Source: an uncultured Solirubrobacterales bacterium
GTDB taxonomy: Bacteria; Actinomycetota; Thermoleophilia; Solirubrobacterales; JBBDJG01
Direction of reading: 5' to 3'
Assembly: GCA_963759145.1 (NCBI GenBank)
Contig: CAVWYB010000017.1
Span: 14,899 to 78,898, forward strand
Length of the DNA stretch: 64,000 nt
The position numbers were made by a program, and so were the translations under genes. The notes beneath the pieces are model-generated. The model did not search any database. It was given only the letters and a program-made list of their open reading frames with translations, and was not told the DNA's origin. Shown one piece after another: positions 24,898 to 35,104 of this stretch (the stretch's first letter is position 1; each line of letters starts with the position of its first letter).

Positions 24898-26076
24898 GTG
24901 ACAGAGGTCGTGATCACCTCCGCCGCCCGCACCGCGGTCGGACGGTATGGAGGAAGCCTGAAGGACCAGCCGCCCACGGACCTGGGGGCGCTCGCGACGA
25001 AGACCGCGCTCGAGCGCTCCGGCATCGAGCCCGATCAGGTGGACCAGGTCGTGTTCGGCAACGTGATCCATTCGGCGCCGGAGGACATGTACATGGCGCG
25101 CGTGGTCGCGATGAAGGCGGGGATCCCGCAAGAGGTGCCGGCGTTCACGGTCAACCGCCTGTGCGGGACGGGCGTGCAGGCGATCGTCTCGGCGGCGCAG
25201 TCGATCGCGACGGACGATGCCGAGGTCGCGATCGCGGGCGGGGCCGAGTCGATGAGCCGTGGGCCCTACTGGATGCCTGATGCGCGCTGGGGCGCGCGCA
25301 TGGGGGAGACCAAGATGGTGGACCCGGTCGTGGGGGGCCTCACCGATCCGTTCAACGAGATCCACATGGGCGTCACCGCCGAGAACCTGGCCGACTCCCA
25401 CTCGATCAGCCGCGCCGAGCAGGACGAGTTCTCGGTCGAGTCGCACCAGCGCGCCGCGCGCGCGCAGGAGGAGGGACTCTTCGACGAAGAGATCGTGCCG
25501 GTCGAGCTGAGGTCGAAAAAGGGCACCTCGGAGTTCACGAAGGACGAGCACGTGCGCCCGGACGCGACGGTCGAAGGGATGGCGAAGCTCAAGCCCGTCT
25601 TCAAGCCGGACGGCACCGTGACCGCCGGCAACGCGTCCGGGATGAACGACGCGGGCGCGGCGGTGGTGCTGATGTCGGCAGAAGCAGCGGAGCGCCTGGG
25701 CGCGCCCGTGCGGGGGCGCATCCTGTCGTACTCGTACTGCGGCGTCGATCCGAAGATCATGGGCATCGGTCCCGTGCCGGCCGTGCGCAAGGCGCTCGAT
25801 CGGGCGGGCCGGTCGTTGGACGAGGTCGACGTGATCGAGCTGAACGAGGCGTTCGCGGCGCAGTCACTGGCCGTGATCAAGGATCTCGAGCTCGACCGTG
25901 AGAAGGTCAACCCGAACGGTGGCGCGATCGCGCTCGGTCACCCGATCGCGGCGACCGGGGCCGTGATCACGACCAAGATCCTCTACGAGATGGAGCGCAA
26001 GGACCAGCACCTCGGGCTCGTCACCCTGTGCATCGGCGGCGGTCAGGGGATCGCGATGCTGATCGCGCGGGACTGA
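24898..26076 (+). CDS. Acetyl-CoA C-acyltransferase (thiolase)
   Basis: NRLCGTG, NEAFA, GHPIAATG, LCIGGGQG; AGGAGG RBS. Confidence 0.95.
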   Translation: MTEVVITSAARTAVGRYGGSLKDQPPTDLGALATKTALERSGIEPDQVDQVVFGNVIHSAPEDMYMARVVAMKAGIPQEVPAFTVNRLCGTGVQAIVSAAQSIATDDAEVAIAGGAESMSRGPYWMPDARWGARMGETKMVDPVVGGLTDPFNEIHMGVTAENLADSHSISRAEQDEFSVESHQRAARAQEEGLFDEEIVPVELRSKKGTSEFTKDEHVRPDATVEGMAKLKPVFKPDGTVTAGNASGMNDAGAAVVLMSAEAAERLGAPVRGRILSYSYCGVDPKIMGIGPVPAVRKALDRAGRSLDEVDVIELNEAFAAQSLAVIKDLELDREKVNPNGGAIALGHPIAATGAVITTKILYEMERKDQHLGLVTLCIGGGQGIAMLIARD

Positions 26077-26115
26077 GCGTCTGGGAAGGTACGGCGAAAC
26101 CGCCCGGGGGTTCTT

Positions 26116-26414
26116 AAAGAACCGGCAGTAAGGGGATGGGTTTCGGGGGCGCCGCGGCGGGGGTCATGTGGCGCCCGCGCTGATTCGTACGCCAGGCCAA
26201 CAGGAAGGTCAATTAAAGGCTGCCGTGTTCGAAGACGTGATGGGCCGCCCGGAGCAAACCGATTTTGTGGGGGCTAGGGGCCGCACAAAACGGACTTTGC
26301 TCCCGAGCACCCTCACGAGTTTTCCAACCGGTATCGGAATACCCCCACGACTTGGCCCTTTGTTAACACTCGGCGAGGCCCGACCCCTCACCCTCCTACC
26401 CAGCCGGTTTTTGG
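26116..26414. repeat. Intergenic inverted-repeat element, copy 2 (opposite orientation to copy 1)
   Basis: Left end AAAGAACCGGCAGTAAGGGGATGGG; right end reverse complement AAAACCGGCTGGGTAGGAGGGTGA, identical to copy 1 left end. Confidence 0.75.
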
Positions 26415-26435
26415 TTTTTCCGAGCCCCGGCGACG

Positions 26436-27548
26436 CTAAGTCCCCCTGGACGTGCTTCGCCGCGACGAACGCGATCCAGCGCCCGTCGGGGGACCACTCG
26501 AGCTCGAAGAAGTCCGCGCCGGCCAGCGTCGCAAGCGTGCGCTGCCCGCTGCCGTCCGGGGCGATCACGTTCACGTGCCCGTCATAGTCGGCGAACGCGA
26601 GCAGCTTGCCGTCCGGTGACCAGGTGGGGCGTAGCTCCGCGACCAGGCCGGTGACGGGCACCTGGCGCGCTCGTCCGGCAGCGTCCACGACGAAGAGATG
26701 CGGCCGGTTATCTGCGGCGATCGCCGTCAAAGCGATCTGGCGGCCGTCGGGCGACCAGGCGGGATTCCGGGGCCCGCGCAGCCCCGTCGCAAGGCGGCGC
26801 ACGTCGCGCCCTTCCGGCGCCACCGTCCACAACTGGTAACGGCCGCGTCCCACCTGATGCACGAAGGCGATTCGCCGGCCGTCGGGCGACCAGCGCGGAT
26901 CCGTGTCGTCGCCGCCGAGGGCGATCACTCGCTTGCGACCGGTGCGCGACGCGACCACGAGGTCGAGCGCCTCGGTCGTCGGGTTCACAGGCGGCGCGGG
27001 CTTGTTCTTGGGCGGGCGCCACTTGCGCTGCCGGATGTAGGCGAGCCGGCGGCCGTCCGGGGACCAGACGGGCCCGGAGTCGACGATCGCCCCGAACGGG
27101 TGGGACGCCAGCCGTCTGAGGCCCGACCCGTCGAGCCGGATTCTCGCGATCGTTCGCCGCAGGTCGAACTTTCCTTCGCGGACCGCCGCAAAGGCGAGCT
27201 CATCGCGACGCGGGGACCACGGCGGGATCGGTCGGATTGCCGAGTCGTCGCGGGACTGCCACTCGCCGGATCGCGCCCGTGTCGGCGGAGGCGATCTCGA
27301 TCACCGTGCGCCCCTTCGACCGCGACGTGAAGACCAATCGCCGGCCGTCCGGCGACCAGGCCGGGTCTCGTTGCGATTTCTCCGAGGGATTGACCTTGTG
27401 GAGCGCCTGTCCGTCGCTCCGCACGATCCAGACCTGATCGGCGCTTCCCACGGTCTCGCCGGACTGCGCGCGCAGGAGCGGCACGAGAGCACCTGCCGCG
27501 ACGAGCAGGAGCAAGCGCGAAAGCGACTTTCGGGCGAGTGAGGCGCAT
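26436..27548 (-). CDS. Secreted TolB-like beta-propeller (PD40 repeats); frameshifted
   Basis: Signal peptide and repeated P-x-WSPDG-R/K-x-IAF motifs. Confidence 0.85.
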
Positions 27549-27615
27549 GGTCGATCCTCCGGCGTTATACCCGCGATACCCTTGCGGCTGCGCCCCCTGG
27601 GAAGAGGAGGAAAAG

Positions 27616-28035
27616 TTGCCCGTTTTCAAAGACGACCAAGAGGTCTACCAGTACATCGGCAGGCTGTTCCAGGATCTCACCGACGACCCGGAGCTGTCCC
27701 CGAAGTTCCGCCGGGCGGACACGATCGTGCAGTACCGGTACTCGAACCCGGACTCGCAGATCACGGTGAAGATGAAGGAGGGCGAGGACGGCCAGGTGGA
27801 TTTCGGCGAGACCACCCTGGATCCCGAGATCGTGATGTCGATGGAGGCCGACACCGCGCACAAGTTCTGGCTCGGCAAGGTCAACGTCACGATGGCGCTC
27901 GCGAAGGGCCAGATGAAGGCCAAGGGCCCGGTCGCGAAGATCCTCAAGCTCGTGCCGCTCGTGAAGCCCGTCTTCCCGCGCTACCAGAAGATGCTGGAGG
28001 AAGAGCACCGCGACGACCTGCTGAAGGCGGCGTAG
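27616..28035 (+). CDS. SCP2 (sterol carrier protein-2)-like lipid-binding protein
   Basis: MEADTAHKFWLGKVNVTMALAKGQMKAKGP pattern; GAGGAGG RBS before TTG. Confidence 0.8.
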   Translation: MPVFKDDQEVYQYIGRLFQDLTDDPELSPKFRRADTIVQYRYSNPDSQITVKMKEGEDGQVDFGETTLDPEIVMSMEADTAHKFWLGKVNVTMALAKGQMKAKGPVAKILKLVPLVKPVFPRYQKMLEEEHRDDLLKAA

Positions 28036-28082
28036 GAACGCGTTCCCAGACCCGGACGGACGGAGTCGCCGGGAGACTTCAA

Positions 28083-29148
28083 GTGGACGAGCTACGGCTG
28101 ATCGAGACGCGCGGACGAGCTCGACGAGCTCATGCCCGCATGGGAAGCGCTTGCCGCCCCGGCCGGTAGTCCCGATGCAGCGCCACGCGTGGGCGAAGGC
28201 GTTCGTCCAGGCATACGGGACGGAGTACGAGCTCAAGGTGGTCGCGATCGGCTCGGATGGCGAAGTGGAGGCGATCGCTCCGCTTGCCACGCCGCGCACG
28301 GGGATCAACCGGCTCGGGCTCGTGGCGGGGGAGGAGCTCTCCGAGCCCGGCGACTTCGTGTACCGCGACCGCGACGCGCTCGAGCGGCTCGCCGCGGGCG
28401 TCGCCGGCTCTCGATGCCGGTGCTGCTCGCACGCGTGGTCGCGGATTCGCCCACCGTCGAGGCGCTGCGGGGCGCGTTCCGGCGGCGGACGATCTTCTAC
28501 AGCCGAGACGCCGCCCCGTATCCCTGGATCGCGCTCGACGAGGGCTGGCGCGAGCCTGAGCAGAAGTTCAAGTCCGATCGCCGCTCCGACCTGCGACGGG
28601 CGCGGCGGCGCGCGGAGAAGGACGGCGAGGTGGTCACGGAGGTGCTTGCCCCCGGTCGCGACGAGCTCGAGCCGCTGCTCGAGGAGGTGTTCCGGGTGGA
28701 GGCGGCGGGATGGAAGGGTCGCGAGGGCACCGCGCTCGCGGCGGACGCTCGCCTGCGCGACTTCTTCACGGCGTTCGCGCAGGGCGCAGCGGATGCCGGC
28801 TTTCTGCGCCTGGCGTTCCTGCGGATCGGCGACCGAACGGCGGCTGTCCAGCTCGCGGCCGAGTGCGGCGGTCGGTTCTGGCTTCTGAAGGTGGGCTATG
28901 ACGAGGAGTTCAAGCGCAGCTCGCCCGGCACCCTGCTGATGCTGGAGACCGTTCGCTACGCGGCCACGCAGGGCCTCAGGTCGTACGAGCTGCTCGGGAC
29001 AGCCGAGTCGTGGACGCGCGTATGGACCGAGACCGAGCGCGAATGCGTCGCGCTGCGCGCCTATCCGCCGCGCCCCGGCGGGATCGCAGCGGCCGCGCTC
29101 GACGCGCGGCGGTTCGCCCGGCGCGGCAGCCGCGCGCCCGGCGGGTGA
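28083..29148 (+). CDS. GNAT acetyltransferase, CelD/BcsL-like; frameshifted
   Basis: IAPLA, LRRARRR, GWKGREGTA, LKVGYDEEFKRSSPGTLL. Confidence 0.8.
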
Positions 29149-30047
29149 CGCCTCGCGCGAAGCGGATCGGACTCGCGGTCTGGCGGCCGATCGAGCGCCG
29201 CGCGGCCGGCGTCTACTTCGCCGGGCCTGAGCTCGCCGACGCCCTGGCCGCCGCCGATCGGATCGCGGAGCGCGGTTACGGAGTCCTGCTGGGCTTCTGG
29301 AACGCGGACGGCGCCGATCCACGGGAGGTGACCGCGCGAGAACCTCGCCGCACTGGCGGCGCTCAGCTGCGCGCGGCCACGACCGGTACCTCTCGGTCAA
29401 GGCGCCGGCGCTCGATTACTCGTTGGACCTGGTCCGCCGGATCGCGTCGGAGCGACCCCGACGTCCTCCACTTCGACTCGCACGGCTGCGAGGCGGCGGA
29501 GCAGACCCTGGCCCTCGCCGCGGCGGCGAGCGAGGAGCACGCGAGCGTCGGGGTCACGATTCCCGGCCGCTGGCGGCGCAGCCCGTCGGACGCCGAGCGA
29601 GCGGTCGAGCTCGGGCTGAGGGTGCGAGTCGTCAAAGGCGAATGGGCCGACCCGGACCAGCCGGATCTCGACATGCGCGGCGGGTTCCTGGCGGTGGTGG
29701 ACCGGCTGGCGGGGCGCGGCCGGCACGTGTCGGTCGCCACGCACGACGCGGACCTCGCGCGCGAGGCGGTCAAGCGACTGGCGGCGACCGGTACTCCGCA
29801 CGACGTCGAGCTGCTGCTGGGGCTGCCGTTCGCCCGCATCGCCGCGGTCGCCATGGAGGCGGGGCTGCCGGCGCGCGTGTACGTGCCGTACGGGCATGCA
29901 TCGCTGCGCTACGGGCTGGGCTACCTGCGCCGCAACCCGCGTCGCGTGTGGTGGCTCGCACGCGACCTCCTGTTCCGCAGGCGCCGGGCGACGCCGCCGC
30001 CCTACCGGGGGCCGACCGAGATGCGCTCGCGGTCCTCGCCGGTCTGA
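29145..30047 (+). CDS. Proline dehydrogenase-like flavoprotein; frameshifted
   Basis: YFAGPEL, LSVKA, RVRVVKG, VATHD, RVYVPYG..YLRRNP. Confidence 0.8.
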   Translation: MTPRAKRIGLAVWRPIERRAAGVYFAGPELADALAAADRIAERGYGVLLGFWNADGADPREVTAREPRRTGGAQLRAATTGTSRSRRRRSITRWTWSAGSRRSDPDVLHFDSHGCEAAEQTLALAAAASEEHASVGVTIPGRWRRSPSDAERAVELGLRVRVVKGEWADPDQPDLDMRGGFLAVVDRLAGRGRHVSVATHDADLAREAVKRLAATGTPHDVELLLGLPFARIAAVAMEAGLPARVYVPYGHASLRYGLGYLRRNPRRVWWLARDLLFRRRRATPPPYRGPTEMRSRSSPV

Positions 30048-31218
30048 GCGCCCTCGCGCTCGGAGCCGCCGGGGCCGGCCGTCGATTTGCTCTCCGCCTC
30101 GGTCGCGGCCTGACAGCTCGGCGTCGCGCCCGCCGAAACGACTCTGGGCGCTTCTCACCGTGCGGCCGAGGCGGTTGCGAAGATCGGTGGCGGCGAGCGC
30201 CGAGCGCGAGCGCAGGCGGTCGTTGCCGACGACCACGGAGGGGCAGTGGCGGTCCACGGCCCCGAAGTAGTACTTGAAGCTCTCCTGGCCGCGGGTGAGG
30301 TCGAAATACCGGCGGCCCGTCTCGATGCTCCAGCGGATCCCCTGCGCGATCGAGAGCTTGCCGATGCCGAGCCGCGAGTGCCGAGGGCTCGAAGCCGCTG
30401 AGGTACCAGTAGAACGCGTCGCTCGTCGAGCAGGTTCACGTACACGCCGACGACCTCGCCGTTCGCGCTGAACTCCCAGACCGTCGCGAGCCCCTGCGGC
30501 ACGAGGGCCCGCATCGCGTCGAGCAGGAAGTCGTGGAAGCCGCGCGTCAGATGCGTGGGTTCGATCGACCTCTCGAGGGTCTCCCAGCGCTTCAGGTGCA
30601 GCGCGTGCCAGCGCCCGATCGCGCCGTCGAGCTCGCGGCACCTCCGTGACTTCGCGCAGCGTCACGTCTCCGCGGTCGAGCTTGCGGATGTGCCGGCGGA
30701 TGTTCCCGCGGCGCGAAGCGGGCAGCAGCGCCAGGTACTCGTCGAACGTCCCGGGCAGCTCGATCCGCGGGCAGGGCGTGGACGGGCGGGGTCGCATGCG
30801 CAAGCGAGCGCTGGCCGAACAGCGCGGCCGTCGCGGAAGCCGCCCGGCTGGCGGCGCACAGAAGAAGACGTCCCACCTGTCCTCGAGGCGCGACAAGCTC
30901 CGCTGCCACCGCCCGGGTGACATCGTCGCGGTGCTCGGGCACGGCGAGCACGTCCCAGTAGTCGCCGGGCTCCTTGCCCAGCATTCGCACGACGCGTGCG
31001 CCGCGATATCGCTCCAGCGCCAGCGGGGCGAGCCCCACCAGCCGCTCCGCGTCGCGGACCGTGATCAGCCACGGCTCGGCGCTGCGGCTCCAATGCCGCA
31101 TCCATGCCTGTCCCCAGCCGGGCGAAACGAACGGCGTGGCGCTCGAATCGGACCTGTAGAGCTCCTCCCATTCCTGCGTGAGCTCCTCAGGCGGACCTCC
31201 GTAGAGCTCTGTCCGCAC
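30002..31218 (-). CDS. GNAT acetyltransferase, CelD/BcsL-like; frameshifted, 3' end approximate
   Basis: WEELY..TPFVSPGW, LVGLAPL, CPRIELPGTFDEYL, FDLTRGQESFKYYFGA. Confidence 0.8.
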
Positions 31219-31333
31219 CTCCCAATCCTAACCCCACCCAGAGATGCCGGTGCGGCGCTACCGCACGAATCTGGTCAGGACCTAGACCTCACTTATGATG
31301 AATCGACGGCGTGTTCAAAGGAGAGGGGTTGCA

Positions 31334-32870
31334 GTGGCGATCGACACGACCACCCGGACCGAGGTCCAGCACTACAAGAACTACATCGGGGGTGAATGGG
31401 TCGACGCCGGGTCGGGTGAGACCTTCGACATCGTCAATCCCGCCACCGAGGAGGTCTTCGCGACCGTCCCGAAGTGCGACCGCGACGACGCGCAGCGCGC
31501 GATCGCTGGCGGCCCGGCAGGCCTTCGACGACGGCCCCTGGGCCTCGATGGAGGCGGAGGAGCGCAAGCGGATCCTGCTGTCCGTGATCGACCGCTTCTC
31601 GGCGCTCGAGGACGAGCTCGCGACCATCGAGACGATGCAGGCCGGGATGACGATCCGCGCCACCAGCACGGTCGTGATCGGGTACTGCATCAACCACTGG
31701 GACTACTTCGCGAGCCAGGCCACGCGGCCCATGCAGGAGGCGCTCGAGCCGGTCAGCTACCCGACCCACTCCTACAACTTCGTGCTGCGCGAGCCCGTCG
31801 GCGTCTGCGCCGGGCATCATCCCGTGGAACTTCCCGCTCGTGATGGCGGTCTGGAAGCTCGCTCCGGCGCTCGCGATGGGCAACACGTGCGTGCTGAAGC
31901 CGGCCTCGAACACGCCGCTGACCGCGCTGAAGCTGGCCGAGATCCTCGACGAGACCGAGCTGCCGAAGGGCGTCGTCAACGTGATCACCGGCGGCGGCAC
32001 GACCGTCGGCGAGGAGCTCGCCTCGCACCCCGACGTCGACAAGGTCGCGTTCACCGGCTCGACGGTGGTCGGGCGGCGGATCATGCAGCTCGCCTCCAGC
32101 ACGATCAAGAAGACGACGCTCGAGCTGGGCGGCAAGTCGCCGAACATCGTGTTCGAGGACGCCGACATGGAGCAGGCCGTCGACGGCGCGCTGTGGGCGA
32201 CGTTCTTCCACCAGGGCCAGGTGTGCGAGTCGGGCACGCGGCTGCTGCTGCCCGAGTCGATCCACGACGAGTTCGTCGAGCGGCTGGTCGAGCGCGCGAA
32301 GCAGATCAAGGTCGGCGACCCGCTCGACTACGAGTCCGACCTCGGGCCGCTCGTGTCCGAGCGCGCAGCGCGAGACGGTCGAGAACTACGTGCGGATCGG
32401 CAAGGAGGAGGGCGCGAAGCTGGTGCTCGGCGGCAAGCGTCCCGAGGGCGACGGCTTCGAGCGCGGCTACTACTACGAGCCGACGATCTTCACCGAGGTC
32501 GACAACTCGATGACGATCGCGCAGGAGGAGATCTTCGGCCCGGTGCTGTCGGTGATCAAGTTCAACGACGACGACGACGCGGTGCGGATCGCCAACGACT
32601 CGATCTACGGGCTCGCCTCGGGCGTCTGGTCGCCAGGACCCCGACCGCTGCCTCGAGATCGGCCAAGCGGCTGCGGGCCGGCACGGTGTGGATCAACGAC
32701 TTCCACCTGATCAACTGCATCGCGCCGTTCGGCGGCTACAAGCAGTCGGGCATCGGGCGCGAGCTCGGCACGCTACGGCCTCAACGAGTACACCGAGGTG
32801 AAGCACGTCCACTGGGACCTCGGCACGCCGAAGGAGCAGAAGATGTTCGGCGTGCTGCTTGTCGGAGTAG
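31334..32870 (+). CDS. Aldehyde dehydrogenase; frameshifted
   Basis: [47 protein letters not shown]. Confidence 0.95.
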
Positions 32871-32894
32871 CCGGCCGAACTGGCGGCCCGACTC

Positions 32895-33863
32895 CTAGCC
32901 GCCGCGCTTCGCGAGCTCGCGCTTCGCCATCTTGCGGAAGCGCAGCATGCTTGCTGCAGTTGCTGGCGGAAGGCCTCCAGCTTGCTCTTCGGCAGCTCGA
33001 AGCCGCCGACCAGCCGGTGCGGCACGAGCGACCAGCCGTCGTCGTCGCGGACCAGGTCGCCGCGCACCTGGAAGTTGGTCTGCCACACGAAATCGGGCGC
33101 GTGTTCGTGGGCTGTCAGGCACGCCTGTCCGGGACCGGCGGCGAGCCATTCCGGAGCTCGCCGAGCCGGATCCGGCCGGCTGCCGCGGTCGGGCTCGACG
33201 GTAGGCGGCTGGAGAGCGGAAAGCCGTCGGGGCCCACGACCGACAGCACCGCGGTCGGGTGCCGGCGCCCGAGCTCCTCCAGCCGTTCGTCCCACGCGAC
33301 TGCGCCGCCCTCCGGGGCCGGGCGCTCGACCTCCGGCTCCTCCGAATGATGCGAGCGAACCTCCTCCATGTGAGCGTCGTACAGCGTCGGCTCGGCCGTG
33401 AAGTCGCCGTCGGGCCAGACGTAGACGCGCTCGGGCCGCACGTAGACGTAGATGCGCATGAAGTACCAGTCGAGCATCGCGCGAATGCAGGCTTCGGCGG
33501 ATGCATGCTCTTGGTCGCCGGGTAGCTTCTCGAGGCTCTCGCGGCAGTAGCGCTCGCGGTTTCGATCGAGGTTTCGATCGTCGACCTGCGCGGTGCCCTG
33601 CACCAGCACCGCGCACGGGATGCTCGATGCCGCGATCCGGTGGGGTCGGAGAAGAGCAGCGAGACCTGCGGGTTGCGGGCGGCGTCGTTGGCCTTCTTCG
33701 GGTAGCCGAGCCCGGTCGTGATGTCGATCGCGCCGTCCCCGGCGCTGTAGTAGGGCGTGACCGGCCAGGTGATCGGCTGCCCGGAGGCGTCGACCGTCGT
33801 GTACTCCGTGGTGATGAACCGCTCGAAGACCTGCTGGACATCCTGCGGGAGAGTGGCGGTCAT
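32895..33863 (-). CDS. Pyridoxamine 5'-phosphate oxidase-like (split-barrel) protein, tandem domains; frameshifted
   Basis: YTTVDASGQPITWP..KKANDAARNPQVSL and a second LSVVGPDGFP domain. Confidence 0.7.
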   Translation of the reverse strand: MTATLPQDVQQVFERFITTEYTTVDASGQPITWPVTPYYSAGDGAIDITTGLGYPKKANDAARNPQVSLLFSDPTGSRHRASRARCWCRAPRRSTIETSIETASATAARASRSYPATKSMHPPKPAFARCSTGTSCASTSTCGPSASTSGPTATSRPSRRCTTLTWRRFARIIRRSRRSSARPRRAAQSRGTNGWRSSGAGTRPRCCRSWAPTAFRSPAAYRRARPRQPAGSGSASSGMARRRSRTGVPDSPRTRARFRVADQLPGARRPGPRRRRLVARAAPAGRRLRAAEEQAGGLPPATAASMLRFRKMAKRELAKRGG

Positions 33864-33885
33864 CGCGCCGAGTATATTCCGGCGG

Positions 33886-34240
33886 ATGGCCGCCTGAAAC
33901 GTCGACACGAAGGTCGTTCTGACCGCGCGGCCGCGGCGGACGTGATCGGCGCGTCGAGGAGCGCCAGGACGGCCGTGAGCTCTCGCTCGTGATCGGCAAC
34001 GGCTGCTGCGATTCGACCGCGCCGTTCCTCTTCGCCGACTACATGGCGGGGCCCACCGAGCGGCTCGTCGGCGAGGCTCGAGGGCGTGCGCGTCTTCGTG
34101 GACGACCTGGATCGCGCATCCTTCGCCGGCCGCGAGGTGGTCGTGGACGCGAGCGACGATCCGCAGCCCGACAGCTTCTCCTGCGAGGCCGAGCTCGGCT
34201 TCCGGTTCTCGCTGGACGCGCCGGCTCGCCCGGCGGTTCA
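33886..34240 (+). CDS. DUF779 / Fe-S-A-type-like small protein; frameshifted, ends approximate
   Basis: LVIGNGCCDSTAP ... DSFSCEAELGFRF, resembling DUF779 GGCCDG..FSLE..GxRF. Confidence 0.65.
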
Positions 34241-34875
34241 GATACCCCGGGTCGCCCGGCAGCAGGACGCGCGGCTCGGGCCCCGACGTGTCGACCCGCG
34301 GGCAGGATCGGCTCGACCGTCAGCGCGGCGACCGTCTCCAGCGCCTCCTCGGGCGACGCGAAGTGCGTCAGCGTCTCGAGCATCTTGATCGTCGGGAACA
34401 CGAGCAGGAGATCGTCGGCGCGGTGGCGGGCGAGGGCGTCGGCCGGCGAGAACCAGCCGACCTCGACGATCTCCTCGCCGTCGGGCTTCGGGACCGTGTG
34501 GGCCGGCGCCTGCGCGAGATAGAAGCGCGTGTCGTAGCGGATCTTCACCTGCTCCGGCGTGATCCAGCGTGAGAACGGCACCAGCGCCTCCGGGCCCGGG
34601 AGCGTGACTGCGGATTCCTCCTCCAGCTCGCGCAGCGCCGTGGCCCGATGCGCGCGGTCGTCGTTGGCGGAGCCGTCCACGCCGCCGCCGGGGAAGACCC
34701 AGACGTCGGCCATGAACCGCGCTCGGGACGTCCGCCTGCCGAGCAGCACCTCGAGCCCGCTCGACGAATGCTTGCCGCCGTGGCGCATCAGGATCACTCC
34801 CGCCGCGGGCCGCGGCGCGGTGGGTGCGCCCCGATTCAGCTCCTCGAGGCGCTCGTCGATGCGATCGTCGGCCAC
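34238..34875 (-). CDS. NUDIX hydrolase
   Basis: [13 protein letters not shown] Nudix box, SRWITP, RYDTRF. Confidence 0.88.
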
Positions 34876-34924
34876 TGACGGCCTGTCTACAGCACTCTCG
34901 CCCGCTATGTCAAACTGGCGCCCG

Positions 34925-35104
34925 ATGGAGGCGGCGACACAGACGCGAAAGTGGATCTGCGAGTCGTGCGGGTTCATCTACGACCCCGACGAAGGGGACC
35001 TCGACGGCGGCATCGAGCCGGGCACCCCCTTCGAGGCGATTCCCGACGACTGGTTCTGCCCCGTGTGCGGGGCGCGCAAGAAGGACTTCGTTCCCTACGA
35101 GTAG
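34925..35104 (+). CDS. Rubredoxin
   Basis: CESCGFIYD ... [10 protein letters not shown]. Confidence 0.93.
   Translation: MEAATQTRKWICESCGFIYDPDEGDLDGGIEPGTPFEAIPDDWFCPVCGARKKDFVPYE

Noticed and set aside
33549-33580. Direct repeat GGTTTCGATCG twice
   Set aside because: Lies inside the PNPOx-like coding region (DRNLDRN); a codon-level coincidence.
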